Origin: Octopus vulgaris
Taxonomy: Eukaryota
Direction: 5' to 3'
Assembly (NCBI GenBank): GCA_951406725.2
Contig: OX597834.1
Location: 19,654,001-19,718,000 of the forward strand
Length of the DNA stretch: 64,000 nucleotides
Positions 1-12,510 of the stretch are shown one piece after another. The translations under genes and the position numbers were made by a program. Numbering within the stretch: the first letter of the stretch is position 1; the number at the start of each line of letters is the position of its first letter. The notes beneath the pieces are model-generated. The model saw nothing but the letters and a program-made list of their open reading frames with translations, did not search any database and had not been told where the DNA came from.

Positions 1-388
1 ATTTGACTGCAGCCATGCTAGAGCACCGCCTTTAGTCGATCAAATCGACCCCAGGACTTATTCTTTGTAAGTCTAGTACTTATTCTATCGGTCACTTTTA
101 CCGAACTGCTAAGTTACGGGGACGTAAACACACCAGCATCGGTTGTCAAGCAGTGTTGGTCGGACAAACACAGACACACAAACATACACACACATATACA
201 TACAAATATATATATACATATATACGACGGGCTTCTTTCCGTTTCCGTCAACCAAATCCACTCACAAGGCTTTGGTCGGCCCGAGGCTATAGTAGAAGAC
301 ACTTGCCCAAGATGCCACGCAGTGGGACTGAACCCGGAATCATGTGGTTGGTAAACAAGCTACTTACCACACAGCCACTCCTGTGCCT
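1..388 (-). mobile_element. SINE family A (tRNA-like head, internal (TA)/(TG) tract, CR1-like 3' tail); 3' tip cut by window edge
   Basis: Near-identical to copies at 25750, 29840, 50379 and 61505; head GGCACAGGAGTGGCTGTGTGGTAAG with B-box-like GGTTCAGTCCC on the minus strand. Confidence 0.9.
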
Positions 389-1261
389 CTATCTATTTAT
401 ATATGCTTTTTCTCTTAAATCTGAGATGTCAGGTTCTTTAGGAACTGGTTAGTAGTATCTGCAGGAAAACGGTGGCATTTGGAATATTTTGTATTTAAAA
501 AAAAATGCTTTTCAACTAAAGTCATCAAAGGAAAATCCCTCAAATATTTAAGGGCAAATTGTGGCCTGCAGTGGTTTCTGAATGGTAAGCCAATAAAAAT
601 CCATCATGATTTTTTTAGTAGTGAGGACCACCAAATGATGAAAGATGTCTCATGCAACCTGCTCTGTGAAAAAGGTCACCTGTGTGGGCCCTTAAATAAA
701 CATGGTAAAAACAAAAACCAAAGCTGTGTAGTTAAGAAGCTTGCTTTGTAATTATGTGGTTTCAGGTTCAATCCGAAGCATGGCACCTTGAGCAAGTGTT
801 TTCTCTCCTGAAACCCAAGGCTGACTTATGCTTTGTGAGGGAATTTGGTAGAGAGCAACTGAGTGGAAACCCATTGTGTGTATTCTTTTATTCTTTCACT
901 TGTTTCAGTCAGTTGACTGCGGCCATGCTGGAGCACTGCTTCCAAGATTAAAAAAAACAAAACAAAGAAATAAAATAAAACCAAGAAGGAACCAATATCA
1001 AAACCAATCAAGGTGTGGAGATTATTAATTACGATTATTTTGAAAGAATATTTTGATTTCAATCAGAAAAGTCATTTGTAGTGTTTTTCTGGTAAATATA
1101 AATAAGATTTGTGCAATTAAATGCCAGGAAATATTTTTTATCAAAGAAGCCTTTGTTTATTTGTTTTATTTTGTTTAATTCTGTTTTTTTTTTCCTTTAA
1201 GAAAATATTGAAGAATAATAAGGAAAAGAAAAGAGCAGCTGTAATTTTGCTTCGTCGAGGA

Positions 1262-1301
1262 ATATATAAATTAGATTATTTGGTGTATAAGGCTTTGAGG
1301 A

Positions 1302-1349
<48 letters not shown>

Positions 1350-1493
1350 TGTTTGTGTGTGAGTGAGTGAGGGAGAGAGAGGGTGTATGTGAAAGAGAGA
1401 GAGAGAGAAAAGGTATGTGTATGTCTAAGAGAAAGGGTGTGTGAAAGGGAGAGTGTGAGAGAAAGTGTGTGTGAGAGAGAGAGAGAGAGAGTA

Positions 1494-1532
<39 letters not shown>

Positions 1533-1748
1533 AAGAGCGAGGGTGTGTATGTGTGAGAGAGAAAGAGACTGCATATGTGGGTGTGAGAGAGAGAAAAGGT
1601 ATGTGTGTGTAAGAGAGAGGGTGTGTGTGTATGAAAGGGAGAATGTGAGAGAGAGAAAGGGAGAAGGTGTGTGTGTATGTGTGTATGTGTGTGTGTGTCC
1701 TTCTTTGTGTGGGTGTGTGTGTTTATGTGTGAGTATATGTATGTGTGT
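1262..1748. repeat. Compound (GT)n/(GA)n microsatellite
   Basis: Direct dinucleotide runs. Confidence 0.95.
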
Positions 1749-1769
1749 CTATTCTTTTGTTGGCACAAT

Positions 1770-2145
1770 AGACTCAAGAATAGTTGAGAGGAGGTAAGAG
1801 ACGAGAGGTGTGAGAAGAAAAGGACGTTGGAACATAGAAAAGCTGATTGAGAGAATTCACAATTTTCTGGCTGAAAACCGTTGTGGGTCTATAAAAACAA
1901 AAAGCACCTGGTTTGGAGTTTGTGTGGCAACTGTGCACTGAATTATTCAGATCTGAACATGCGCAAAAATTGTGCAATGTTTGTTCAGAGGGAGCTCAGT
2001 GCTGAGCACCTGCAGCAGGATAATGCCCCAGTCCACGATCCTATCTTGGTAACCAACTGCTTAACAAGGATGGGCATTAAACTGTCCTTCACCCTCCCTA
2101 CAGTTCACACCTCGCTCCCTGTAACATTTGGTTGTTCCCCAAGCT
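1770..2145 (+). mobile_element. Decayed mariner transposase fragment; resumes at about 2867-2906 after a MITE insertion
   Basis: QDNAPVHDPILVTNCLTRMGIK resembles mariner HQDNAPxH; MKEAVTKDL follows the insert; related to the minus-strand copy at 23300-23870. Confidence 0.75.
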
Positions 2146-2860
2146 CAGGGTTCTCCACTATTTTTTTTATCTATGGGCCCCTTTGATTACTATTTTATTC
2201 TGATGGACTCCCATAATCATCCAAGGCCTAAAAAAAAAATAATCTAGTTTTATAGATACTTCTTTCAAAATTCTTATTTCGTTTTTCTCACATTAACTTG
2301 TGTAGGTTGAACTGTGTAAAATGTTAGAGAAAGGAACCTAGCTGTTTCTTGCAATACATACCACGACATACATCTAAAGCAAAATATTTTCAGGGGCCCT
2401 TAATATACTATTAGGCCTCATGGAGGCAAAGAGGTTGAGTTCCTTTCGAGTGTTGGACCTCATGGTAGCAATGACCAAGACCTTTGGCATAATGTTGTGC
2501 TTGAGAAGAAGACCCATCAAGCTGAGCAAAATCACAGTCATGGCAGATACTGGTGTCACACAAATGGCATCTGTGCCTGTGGCACATACAAACACCCATT
2601 ATACTCTCAGAGTGGTTGGCATTAGGAAGGGCATCAAACCATAGAAAACCATGACAAATCAGACTAGAGTCTGGTGCAGCCCCTCAGCTTATCAGCCCTG
2701 ATCAAACTGTCCAACCCATGTCAGCATGGATGACAAGCATTAAATGATGACAACGATAAGGATGATCCCCAATTCACTCTTTTGTTGCATGGGCCCCTCC
2801 CCACACCCAAATCTTATATGGACTCTCAGGGGCCATATGCACCCCAGGTGAGAATCATTG
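2146..2860 (+). mobile_element. hAT-like MITE containing a SINE-D copy (about 2410-2765)
   Basis: Ends CAGGGTTCTCCAC and GGTGAGAATCATTG; internal similarity to 21209-21686; TSD not clear. Confidence 0.65.
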
Positions 2861-2906
2861 CTCTAGCAGAAGGAGAGGATGAAGGAGGCTGTGACTAAGG
2901 ACTTGG

Positions 2907-3330
2907 AGCCTAGTACTTATTCTATTGGTCTCTTTTGCCGAACTGCTAAGTTACAGGTACGTAAACACACCAGCATCGGTTGTCAAGCAATGGTGCACAC
3001 ACGAGCACACACACACACACGTGTGTGTCTGTGTGTGTGTGCATATGCTTGTGTGTCTGTGTTTGTCTCCCCACCATCTCTTGACAACCGATGCTGGTGT
3101 GTTTATGTCAACTTAGCAGTTCAGCAAAAGAGACCAATAGAGTAAGTACTAGGCTTACAAAGAATAAGTCCTTGGGTTGATGGGCTTCTTTCAGTTTCCA
3201 TCTACCAAATCCACTCACAAGGCTTTTGGTTGGCCTGAGGCTATAGCAGAAGACACTTGCCCGAGATGCCATGCAGTGGGACTGAACCCGGAACCATGTG
3301 ATTGGTAACCAAGCTACTTACCACACAACC
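2907..3330 (-). mobile_element. Rearranged SINE-A with an internal inverted segment (fold-back)
   Basis: 2907-2987 is the approximate reverse complement of 3080-3155; minus-strand head at 3181-3330. Confidence 0.8.
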
Positions 3331-3961
3331 CTTCCTGTTTTGCCAGTTCTGCAGAGATACCAAGTCCTGCACACATGACAATATGCTCCTTGCCATATAT
3401 GATGACAAGTGTGATTAGCCAAAGTCTACAGAGCCATAAGCACTGAGATGACATACATGAAAAAAGGTGAAAGTATTTAGCCATGGCTAACAACTGACTA
3501 GAACCACATACACTCACTCACCATCAGACAAATCACACACAAAAACATAAATATATTAAGACACTAAAATTCCAAACTTTGAAAGCTTATTTCATTTTTG
3601 TTTATTGCTAAACTTTTAGCTTTGCTTTTTTAATTTTATTTTATTTTATTTTATTTTTTTCCCTCTCATGTCTTGTTATCATAGTCGTCCTTGCCAACTC
3701 ACAAGAATCATTTCTTAGAGAAAATTATGTCTTTTGTCTGCTCTATGAAGGAGAAGAAAATACAGAGAAACGGTAAATTTTTCCATGAATAGACAAGTTA
3801 ATGGCTCTTAATAGCACTTTTGGTGAATATTGAAGACATTAGCAAAGGGTATATTTATATACTAAGTTCAATAAAAATAAATTATCTTCTCTTACAATAC
3901 CAAAAACTGCATCACACACATATATACATACGTTATACACATGTATACACACATTATATAC

Positions 3962-4034
<73 letters not shown>

Positions 4035-4888
4035 CACATATATATATATACATTCATATACTTACTTATACACGCATGCACTCACACACATACACACACA
4101 CACACACATGTATGGTTTATGTTCATTGTTTGTTTAATGCTATTTTTCCATGTTTGTTTGGGCTGGATGCTTTTCCTGTCTCCAACCTCTAACATGATTT
4201 TCAAATAAGGAATTCTTTTTCATTATTCCATTGCTTTTGAAAAGTGCAAAACAACTGCTCATAATGTCCACATTATATCATTATTTTTGGGTCATGTGGT
4301 GACAAGTAAACATGTAAAATAGCAACATTAATATGCACTTACTCATACACACCCAAAGCATATACTTATACATGCGTATGTACACACATGCACATGCATA
4401 TACATACATGCATATTCATGATGCATGTGTAAGTGGTTAGAAGCTTACTTCACAACCACATGGTTCTGGGTTCAGTCCCACTGTGTGGTACTTTGGGTAA
4501 GTGTCTTGGGCCAACCTAAGCCTTGTGAGTGGATTTGGTAGATGGAAACTGAAAGAAGCATCTAATGAGCCCATATATTGTGTAGTTTCAACATTATCTT
4601 TTAGGCATTTGAAATCAAAAAAAAAAAAATTTACCCATCCAAAGGTTGGACTGGCAGAACTGTAAGAACATAGTACCAGACATTTTGTGTCATTTTCTCT
4701 AGTTTTTTTGTATGTTCAAATTCCTCCTTGGCCTATTTGGATGATTGTCTTAACACGTTGTCTGTTATAACACAACCACCTACTACTTTGGAAACCTTCA
4801 GTGGAATCTATTCTGTCACAAATATTAAGGGCAGGTCTCTGGATTGTGGATAGTTTTCTTCTTCACATTCTTTACTCACAGATGCCCT

Positions 4889-5680
4889 GTCAGCTTATTA
4901 AGTGCATAGTAATGATATGATAAAATTGCAATAAGCTAGGGCATTACGACTGTCTCTCCTAAAAAAACAAGTCCCAGGTTTTCTGCACTGCACCTCATAG
5001 TTTCCCTGACTCCCATACATGGAAACTAATTATTCCCCTTCCAGCCTTCCTTACTATCCTGTCTGTTTGTATTTGTCTCTCTTTTACCCACAATTTTATA
5101 CATGCATACAGTGGTATATTCCTGATTCTATGCTTAAGTCCTGCTGGGGTTGGTGCTTAATTTCCATCTCACTGGGGTCAGGAAAATAAACATCAAATAT
5201 ATGGTAGAAAATCTTAGTTCAATCAAGTCTGTCTCTTACTTATAAACTTTATGTCTTTGTGCCAACAACCTCCTCCTTCAATCTGGAATAAATAAAAGTT
5301 AGCAGGTCAGCTTATACATAGTAATGAAATGCTATAACTACAATATACTAGGAAAGTTATAACTGTCTCTCCTAAAAAAAAAGTTTTGAATTTCTTTTGC
5401 AATGCACTGCATAGTTGCCCGAATTATTACCCTTCCATCCTTCCATACTATTCCTAGTATTTATCTGTCTGTCTGTCTGTTTGTCTGTGTCTCTTTCTTA
5501 CACACAATTTCCTTCCTGCATACACAGATATATTACTGATTCTAAGTTTAAGTCCTACTGGGGTTGGAGTCTAACTTCCATCTCTCTGCAATCAGTGAAA
5601 ATAAATATCAAATGTATTGTAGAAAATCTCAATTCAATCAAGTCTGTCTCTTACTTATGAACTTTATGGCTTTGTGCCAA
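4889..5680. repeat. Old tandem duplication, two copies of about 375 bp (4889-5265 and 5306-5680)
   Basis: Shared colinear anchors GTCAGCTTAT, ACTGTCTCTCCTAAAAAAA and TCAATCAAGTCTGTCTCTTACTTAT. Confidence 0.85.
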
Positions 5681-6046
5681 TGCTGGAAATTATTATTGTG
5701 AGACAGTAGACTACAAGGAAACACGTGATGGTCTGTGACAGCAAATACTAAATAGAAAACATTTGCAAAGTGAAAGAATGGTTTTACTATGAAGAGAAAT
5801 TTAAAATTGCAGTCAGAACCTATTGTTAGAAAGAAAGTGTTGAAATATTTATTGATTGAGATTTTTTCCTTATTTTCCTGAAATATATAAGTTGGGACAT
5901 AAAGTTCAACTTTAATAAATCTTTCTGCTTGTATCTGTCTCCATTTATCTTTGTTATCACAACCATGTTTTATGGGTTCCATTCCCCTCTGCTGTACCTT
6001 TCAAATGTGTTTTTTCTTGTATTGCTTTGGTTGGCATGTAAAAATT

Positions 6047-6410
6047 ACTGGTGCTGGTACCATGTAAAAAGCGCTGGTGCTGGCACCATTTATAATGCAC
6101 TTGTGCTGGTACCTTTAAAAAGTACTGGTGCTGGTACCATGTAAAAAGCACTGGTGTTGGTACCATGTAAAAAGCACTGGTGCTGGTACCATTTATAAAG
6201 CACTTGTGCTGGTACCTTTAAAAAGTACTGGTGCTGGCACCATGTAAAAAGCACTGGTGCTGGTACCATTTATAAAGCACTTGTGCTGGTACCTTGAAAA
6301 AAGCACTGGTGCTGGTACCATGTAAAAAGCAGTGGTGCTGGTACCACGATAAAAGTACTGTTGCTGGTACCATGTAACAAACATTGGTGTTGGTAACATG
6401 TAAAAAGCAC
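6047..6410 (+). repeat. 25-26 bp minisatellite, 14 units (ACTGGTGCTGGTACCATGTAAAAAGC), joined to a SINE-D body
   Basis: Units counted directly; array continues into the SINE-D body and tail at 6411-6585. Confidence 0.9.
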
Positions 6411-6585
6411 CCAGTGCACTCTCTAAAGTGGTTGGCATTAGGAAGGGCATCAAACTGTAGAAACCAAGTCCAGATAGACCATGGAGCTTAGTGTGAGCCT
6501 AGTGTGACCCTGGCCTTGCAAGCTCATGTCAAGCCATCCAACCCATACCAGTATGGAAAACAGATGCTAAATGATGATGATGACT
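6411..6585 (+). mobile_element. SINE family D body and tail (RTE-like end followed by (GAT)n)
   Basis: GTTGGCATTAGGAAGGGCATC motif and CCAACCCATnCCAGnATGGAAAACnGA..AAATGATGATG end; other copies near 7195, 11900, 13595, 24045, 31215, 34010, 42143, 44860, 46075, 48105 and 63780. Confidence 0.8.
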
Positions 6586-6665
6586 AATGCATTGTGAGTT
6601 GAATTTGATTGATGGAAACTGCACAGACACTCATCACGAGTGTGTGCTCCTCAATATGTAAAAAA

Positions 6666-6988
6666 AAGACTCCGCCGGTTACGACGACGAGGGTCCCAGC
6701 TGATACGATCAACGGAACAGCTTGCTTGTGAAATTAACGTGCAAATGGCTGAGCATTCCACAGACACGTGTACCCTTAACGTAGTTCTCGGGGATAATCA
6801 GTGTGACACAGAGAGTGACAAGGCTGACCCTTTGAAATACAAGTACAACTCATTTTTGCCAGCTGAGTAGACTGGAGCAACGTGAAATAAAGTGTCTTGC
6901 TCAAGGACACAACGCGTCGCCGGGAATCGAACTCACAACCTTACGATCATGAGCCGAATGCCCTAACCACTAAGTCATGCGCCCTCAC
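6666..6988 (-). mobile_element. tRNA-derived SINE family E with CORE-like domain
   Basis: Minus-strand head with A box and B box GAGTTCGATTCC, then GTGTCCTTGAGCAAGACACTT; related copies near 22400, 27170, 44480, 61230 and 62113. Confidence 0.8.
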
Positions 6989-7416
6989 CCTCAATATGTA
7001 AATATATGTGTGTGTACGCATGTGTGTGTACGCATGTGTGTGTGTGTGCATGCACAAGCATGTGTGTGTGTATGTGCATAAATCTGTATAACTGAAAGGA
7101 ATAAGGATTTTAAATGCACGCAGGTACGTTACAAGCACTCTCATAAAATCCAAACTTGACTAATCGCATTGAATGATAGAAAACATTCAGACTTCATCAT
7201 CATCATCATCATCATCATCGTCATTTAACGTCCGCTTTCCATGCTAGCATGGGTTGGACAGTTTGACTGTGGTCTGGCGAACCAGATGGCTGCACCAAGC
7301 TCCAGTCTTGATCATGATCTGTTTGGAATAAACAATCACAGTCCTACCCCTTTTGATTGGTAAATCCTGAGTTCACTTTACTGGATTTCATGTAGAATAC
7401 AGAGTATGAAGACATA

Positions 7417-8375
7417 CTAGGTGATATCAAAAGGTTTCCAGACTAGTTTAATTAATAAAAAATAACTTATTTACCTCCTTAGTTTTATCATCATCTCTTC
7501 TGGAATAGTCACCTTGCACAGCAATAGAAATGGTCTCAGCATTCCTGCCACTTTTGGAATCCAGCCTGGAAATATTGTTTTCTGCTAGCATGTTGAGGAC
7601 CTTCTGTGATTCACTCAGGATTTCAACAATGGTATTAAAACAGCAACCATTGAACTGTATTTTCATCCTGGGGGTAGAGATGAAAGTCTACTGGTGCTAC
7701 ATTCGGCAAACAGGGTGGCTGGGAAAGTGATACCATGTTGTTTTTGGTGGGAAATTCATGAGTGGGGAGAGTTCAGTGGCAAGATGCATTATTGTTGTGA
7801 AGAATCCAATTCTTTGCACTCCACAGATTCAGTTGCTTCTACCAAATGCTCTCCCTGAAACACTTCAAAGGGATGCAGTAGGGCTCCCTATTTATGATCT
7901 GGCCCTGGGGGATGAATCCTCAATGCACAATTCTACATTTTCAGGGGTGACATTCATGGCAGGTCTCCCAGGTATATTCTTCCACTTTATTTTTGGTCAT
8001 GGGGTGATGAGTACACCTGTAAAATATCAACATTAATGTGCACTTACTTATACACACCCAAAGCATGTACTTATACATGCATACATACATATGTACACAC
8101 ATGCACATGCATATTCATGATGCATGTGTGTGTGGTTAGAAGCTTACTTCACAACCACATGGTTCTGGGTTCAGTCCCACTGTTTGGTACTTTGGACAAG
8201 TGTCTTTTACTATAGTCTTGCCCATGGCATTCAAAAAAATTCCGTACAAACCATTGCCTCATTGCTGTAAGTTTACTGAAACATGCCCAATGACTCTGTA
8301 GCGGACTTTCAAAATTTAATACAAAATTTCACATTGGTCTTTGTTCCAAACTCCTGTCCATGACAAAAATCACAA
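7417..8375 (-). mobile_element. Decayed mariner element interrupted by a duplicated host segment (7987-8222)
   Basis: TA-flanked TIR-like end CTAGGTGATATCAAAAGGTT; frameshifted motifs HNNASCH, EFIPQGQ-like and IAVQGDY. Confidence 0.75.
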
Positions 8376-8748
8376 ATTCTGCCGAGGTCAGCTTTGCCTT
8401 TCATCTTTTCAGGGGTCGATAAAATAAGTACCTGTTGAATACTGGGGTCGATGTAATCGACTCATCCCCTCCCCCAAAAATGCTGCCCTTGTGGCAAAAT
8501 TTGAAACCATTATTATTATTATTTATTATTTTAGGCGGCGAGCTGGCAGAAACGTTAGCGCGCCAGGCGAAATGCATAGCTGTATTTCATCTGTCGTTAC
8601 GTTCCGAGGTCGACTTTGCCTTTCATCCTTTCGGGGTCGATAAATTAAGTACCAGTTACGCATTAGGGTCGATGTAATCAACTTAATCCGTTTGTCTGTC
8701 CTTGTTTGTCCCCTCTGTGTTTAGCTCCTTGTGGTTAGTAAAGAAATA
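8375..8748 (+). mobile_element. Two adjacent SINE family B copies (Nin/Deu-like central domain)
   Basis: GCCGAGGTCGACTTTGCCTTTCATCCTTTCGGGGTCGATAAATTAAGTACC core recurring many times in the window. Confidence 0.85.
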
Positions 8749-9249
8749 TATTATTATTGTGGTAATAGCAGTGTTGTCAGATGTGAGTGGCACCGATTAT
8801 TTATCTTGTGAGTCTGTAGATTTTAATATTTTTTCCTTTCAGCTTGCTATCATAGCAACATCTTTCGTATTTCTATTGAATTTGTAGTCTTAACTGAAGT
8901 GTCTGCCATAAATTTCTGGTGTGATTCAATTACAGGCAGCCGTTATAGTGGGGGAGAGAGAGAGACCGAGAAATAGTTAATCTCTGATTGTCGATCAAAT
9001 ATAGATTATGAAAATTATTGAAATTTCATCTCTTTGGCAATTTGAAGATTTCCATTGAAGAACTTCGTGTAGAAGTTTTCTTGAATATATATGTAATCTG
9101 TGCTTAGTGAGGATGTATGTGTGTGTGTATATAACAGTAGGTGTAAGATTACATACAGATGTAGATTATGTGTATTCTTATAGTGTTTCACCACCACAGG
9201 ATGCATATGTCCAGTGGTGTATGTATATATATATATATATATATACATA

Positions 9250-9482
9250 AGGCAGTGAGCTGGCAGAAACATTAGAACGCTGGGTGAAATGCTTTGCGGT
9301 ATTTCATCTGCGGCTACGTTCTGAGTTCAAATTCCGCCGAGGTCGACTTTGCCTTTCATCCTTTCAGGGTCGATTAAATAAGTACCGGTTATACACTGGG
9401 ATCGATATAATCGACTTAATCCGTTTGTCTGTTCTTGTTTGTCCCCTCTGTGTTTAGCCCCTTGTGGGTAGTAAAGAAATAG
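9250..9482 (+). mobile_element. SINE-B, full length
   Basis: Head GGCAGTGAGCTGGCAGAAAC, B box GAGTTCAAATTC, core, and tail GTAAAGAAATA. Confidence 0.9.
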
Positions 9483-9589
9483 GTGTGTATATATAAAAAG
9501 TGAGTAAATGTGGCTGTGTATATACATGTGTGTATATGTATATATATATATATACACACATATAAATATATATTGAGATGATAAACAAC

Positions 9590-10097
9590 TTCTTTGTGCC
9601 TGAATCACGACGATAACGTATGCCTATTTGACGTGTTTGGTTTCAGCAGAATGGGGTTGACGGCCCACACAGCCAGAGCCTCAACAGACGTTCTTCACCC
9701 TCTCTTTGGTGACTGCCTCATTTCCAGATTTGCTGACATTCCTTGGCCCCCTTGGTCCCCTGATTTGTCCATGTGTGATAATATCTTGTGGGGAACCTCA
9801 AGGCACGTGTGTATGCACATAAGCCCTGTACATTGGACGATTTGAAGGAAGCTATTTGTGTGGAAGTTGCCCAAATTGACAGAGCAATGCTGCAGAGAGT
9901 TGAGGCCTACTTCCAAGAAGGCCTCCAGAAATGTATCTATGAAAACGGGCTCCACATGATGGATGTTGCTTTTCACACTTGGTTTTCACAAATACTAATT
10001 CAATACGAACACATGGATGTCAATAAAATTTGTTTGCAGCGAAAATAAATGATTTTGTGAATTTTTCAAATACGTCCATCCTCTCTGCTTCACCCTG
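9590..10097 (+). mobile_element. Tc1/mariner DD41D (rosa-type) transposase C-terminal half, frameshifted, with right terminus
   Basis: VWFQQNG..TAHTAR..LISRFADIPWPPWSPDLSMCD..LWGNLKARVYAHKP; 41 residues between the second and third catalytic positions; ends CACCCTG then TA. Confidence 0.85.
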
Positions 10098-10752
10098 TAT
10101 ATATACACACACACACACATATATATATAGGCACACACACACATATATATGTACAGATACACATATATACATAATCATGTAAACATACACATATATATAT
10201 CAGATTGTGTGTATAAGTGTGTGTGTGTGTATGTGTGTGCATGTGTGTGTATGTGTGTGCATGTGTGTGTATGTGTTTGAATAAGTATGTTCTTATAGTT
10301 ATTTGACTCACTGTAAATATTTGTTTACATGTATATATATATATATATATAAATATATATATATATACATGGATTTGTGGTTAAAATAAATGAATTCAAA
10401 TGAAAGTAGTAGCATATATACATACAAGTGCGTATCTCTGTATATCTACATACATATATATATATATACATACATATATATATATATATATATATTCAAA
10501 GTTATCTGTATGTGTATGTGTGTGGATACAAATGATGATGCGATGCCTCTTTGCTCTGTGTGTCTATTCATGCATAAATTTGTGTATGTATTTTCCTTTC
10601 AAAAGTAGTATTGTTACATATATTCTATACATGTGTAAGTGCAACTCTGTTTGTTCAGGTGTGGTTATATTTGTGCAAATATATATATATGTGTGTGTGT
10701 GTGTTTGTATTTATAATCGTACACCATATGAAAGTATGTGTGTGTGCATATA

Positions 10753-10793
<41 letters not shown>

Positions 10794-11639
10794 GTGTGTG
10801 TGTGTGAATCTGTGCAAGTCAAATACTAACGTCATGCAGAAACCGTCGTTTGAAGACGGATATAGTTGTTGACAGATGATATAACTACTGGGATGAGGAA
10901 GAGGTTTATGCGTTAGTTCCCTTCGGAAAATATATCGAGAAAATTTCCATGACCTGACAGATATTGTCACAAAAATAAGTCGAAATACTCTGAAATATCA
11001 TTGGAAATCCTCACGGCATAATGACAACAAAAAAAAAAATATATATATATAAGCTCATCTGCTCAAATCAGATATGTTTTGACTGGGCAAAATCAAAAAA
11101 GACCAAAAAAGAAAAATATTAACTCAAAGTGCAAAACTAAAAATAAGGAAATATAAAACGGATATTGAAGATCGTGTATTCTCCAAACCTACCCTGTCAC
11201 TCGGAACTGGATTATGTAGTGAGGCAAGAGGCATATACACAGCTTCCAACATAAATCACTTTGCTCTTTATATTTGATTATCTCATGAAAAAGTACAGTT
11301 TCTATGGCTTTCTAAGGTCTTTTACTAGACTGGCTGGGCATATTATATTGATCTGAAAGCTCTCCAATATAATGTAAAGCTAACCACCAAACATCAGATA
11401 GTGATTGTTACATTTTTCCCTTTTTCTCTTTTTACCTTTTCTGATTGGCTGCCATTTGAATTAAGTTTCTGCCAATTGAAGTTTGGGATTTCAGATTTCA
11501 GAAAAGAACGCAGCCATTTGTAACAACGGTATCTGTTTTAATATATCATAGATGTGTACCAAAAGTCTCTAGAGCTGCAGTTGTGAATCTATGTACTGCT
11601 AACTAAATGATGAATATGTATATATATATACATATATTT

Positions 11640-11824
11640 GCCATGATAGATCACTAGCCACTAAACCTTTTCCTATTTTCTCACCTTGTTTATTTTTGTG
11701 TTCCTTTCTGTCAAAGAGCTTAGGCTCGAAACGTAAAAAACTTTCTCACATCCGAAGTGTTAAACTAATATATCTGTTTGTTTTGTTTACACCCACATCT
11801 TCATCTTTAGTTTTTTGTGAATTC

Positions 11825-11830
<6 letters not shown>
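11640..11830 (+). mobile_element. Penelope-like 3' terminal segment with hammerhead-like motif, followed by (TA)n
   Basis: Homologous to 15677-15865 (-), which is contiguous with GIY-YIG C-terminal coding sequence, and to 52670-52848. Confidence 0.75.
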
Positions 11831-11870
<40 letters not shown>

Positions 11871-11899
11871 GATGCATACATACTTTTATGCATATGTCA

Positions 11900-12202
11900 C
11901 ATAACTGGCACCTGTGTCAGTGGCATTTAAAAAGCACACTTCGAATGTTGGGCCTTACTGATGTGATGTCAAGTGACCAAGACCTTATGTGATATGCCAT
12001 GCATGAGAATTTATACAAGTGCTAGTGCCATATAAAAAGTACCCAGTGCACTCTGTAGAGTGATTGGCATTAGGAAGGGCATTCAGCCATGGAAACCAAG
12101 CCAAAACAATGGAGATTGGTGTGGTCCCTGGCTGAACCAGATCTGGTAAACCCATCCAATTCATCCAGCATGGAAAATGGATGTTAAATTTTGATGATGA
12201 TG
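11900..12202 (+). mobile_element. SINE-D
   Basis: GGCATTAGGAAGGGCAT motif and (GAT)n tail. Confidence 0.75.
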
Positions 12203-12339
12203 GTCTCTCTCACACACACACACCTTGGGCTCATAATGCTGGTTACCTGTTTTCCATGCATGTAATCACAACAATTCCCTTCAGTGGAATGCTAGTCAGT
12301 TGCAGGATTCAAAGCCGGCAGTTTATGAGGGAAAGGGAC

Positions 12340-12510
12340 AAATAAATTATAGCAACCCCAGTATATGACTGGTACTTTATTTTATGAACTCTGAAAGGAT
12401 GAAGGGTAAAGTCGACCTGAGCAGGATTTGAACTCAGACTATAAAGAACCAGAAGTAACACCTTTAACCCTTTCCCAACCTGCTAACAATTCTGCCAGCT
12501 CACCACCTTT
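12340..12510 (-). mobile_element. SINE-B, diverged
   Basis: AAAGGATGAAGGGTAAAGTCGACC...TTCTGCCAGCTCACC. Confidence 0.75.

Noticed and set aside
479-751. 90-aa ORF containing TTAAGGGC...GCCCTTAA ends
   Set aside because: Non-ATG start, no recognisable domain, and only 8 bp of inverted match, too weak for a gene or MITE call
6047-6410. CRISPR-like regular repeat
   Set aside because: Units are head-to-tail with no unique spacers, there are no cas genes, and the context is a eukaryotic SINE
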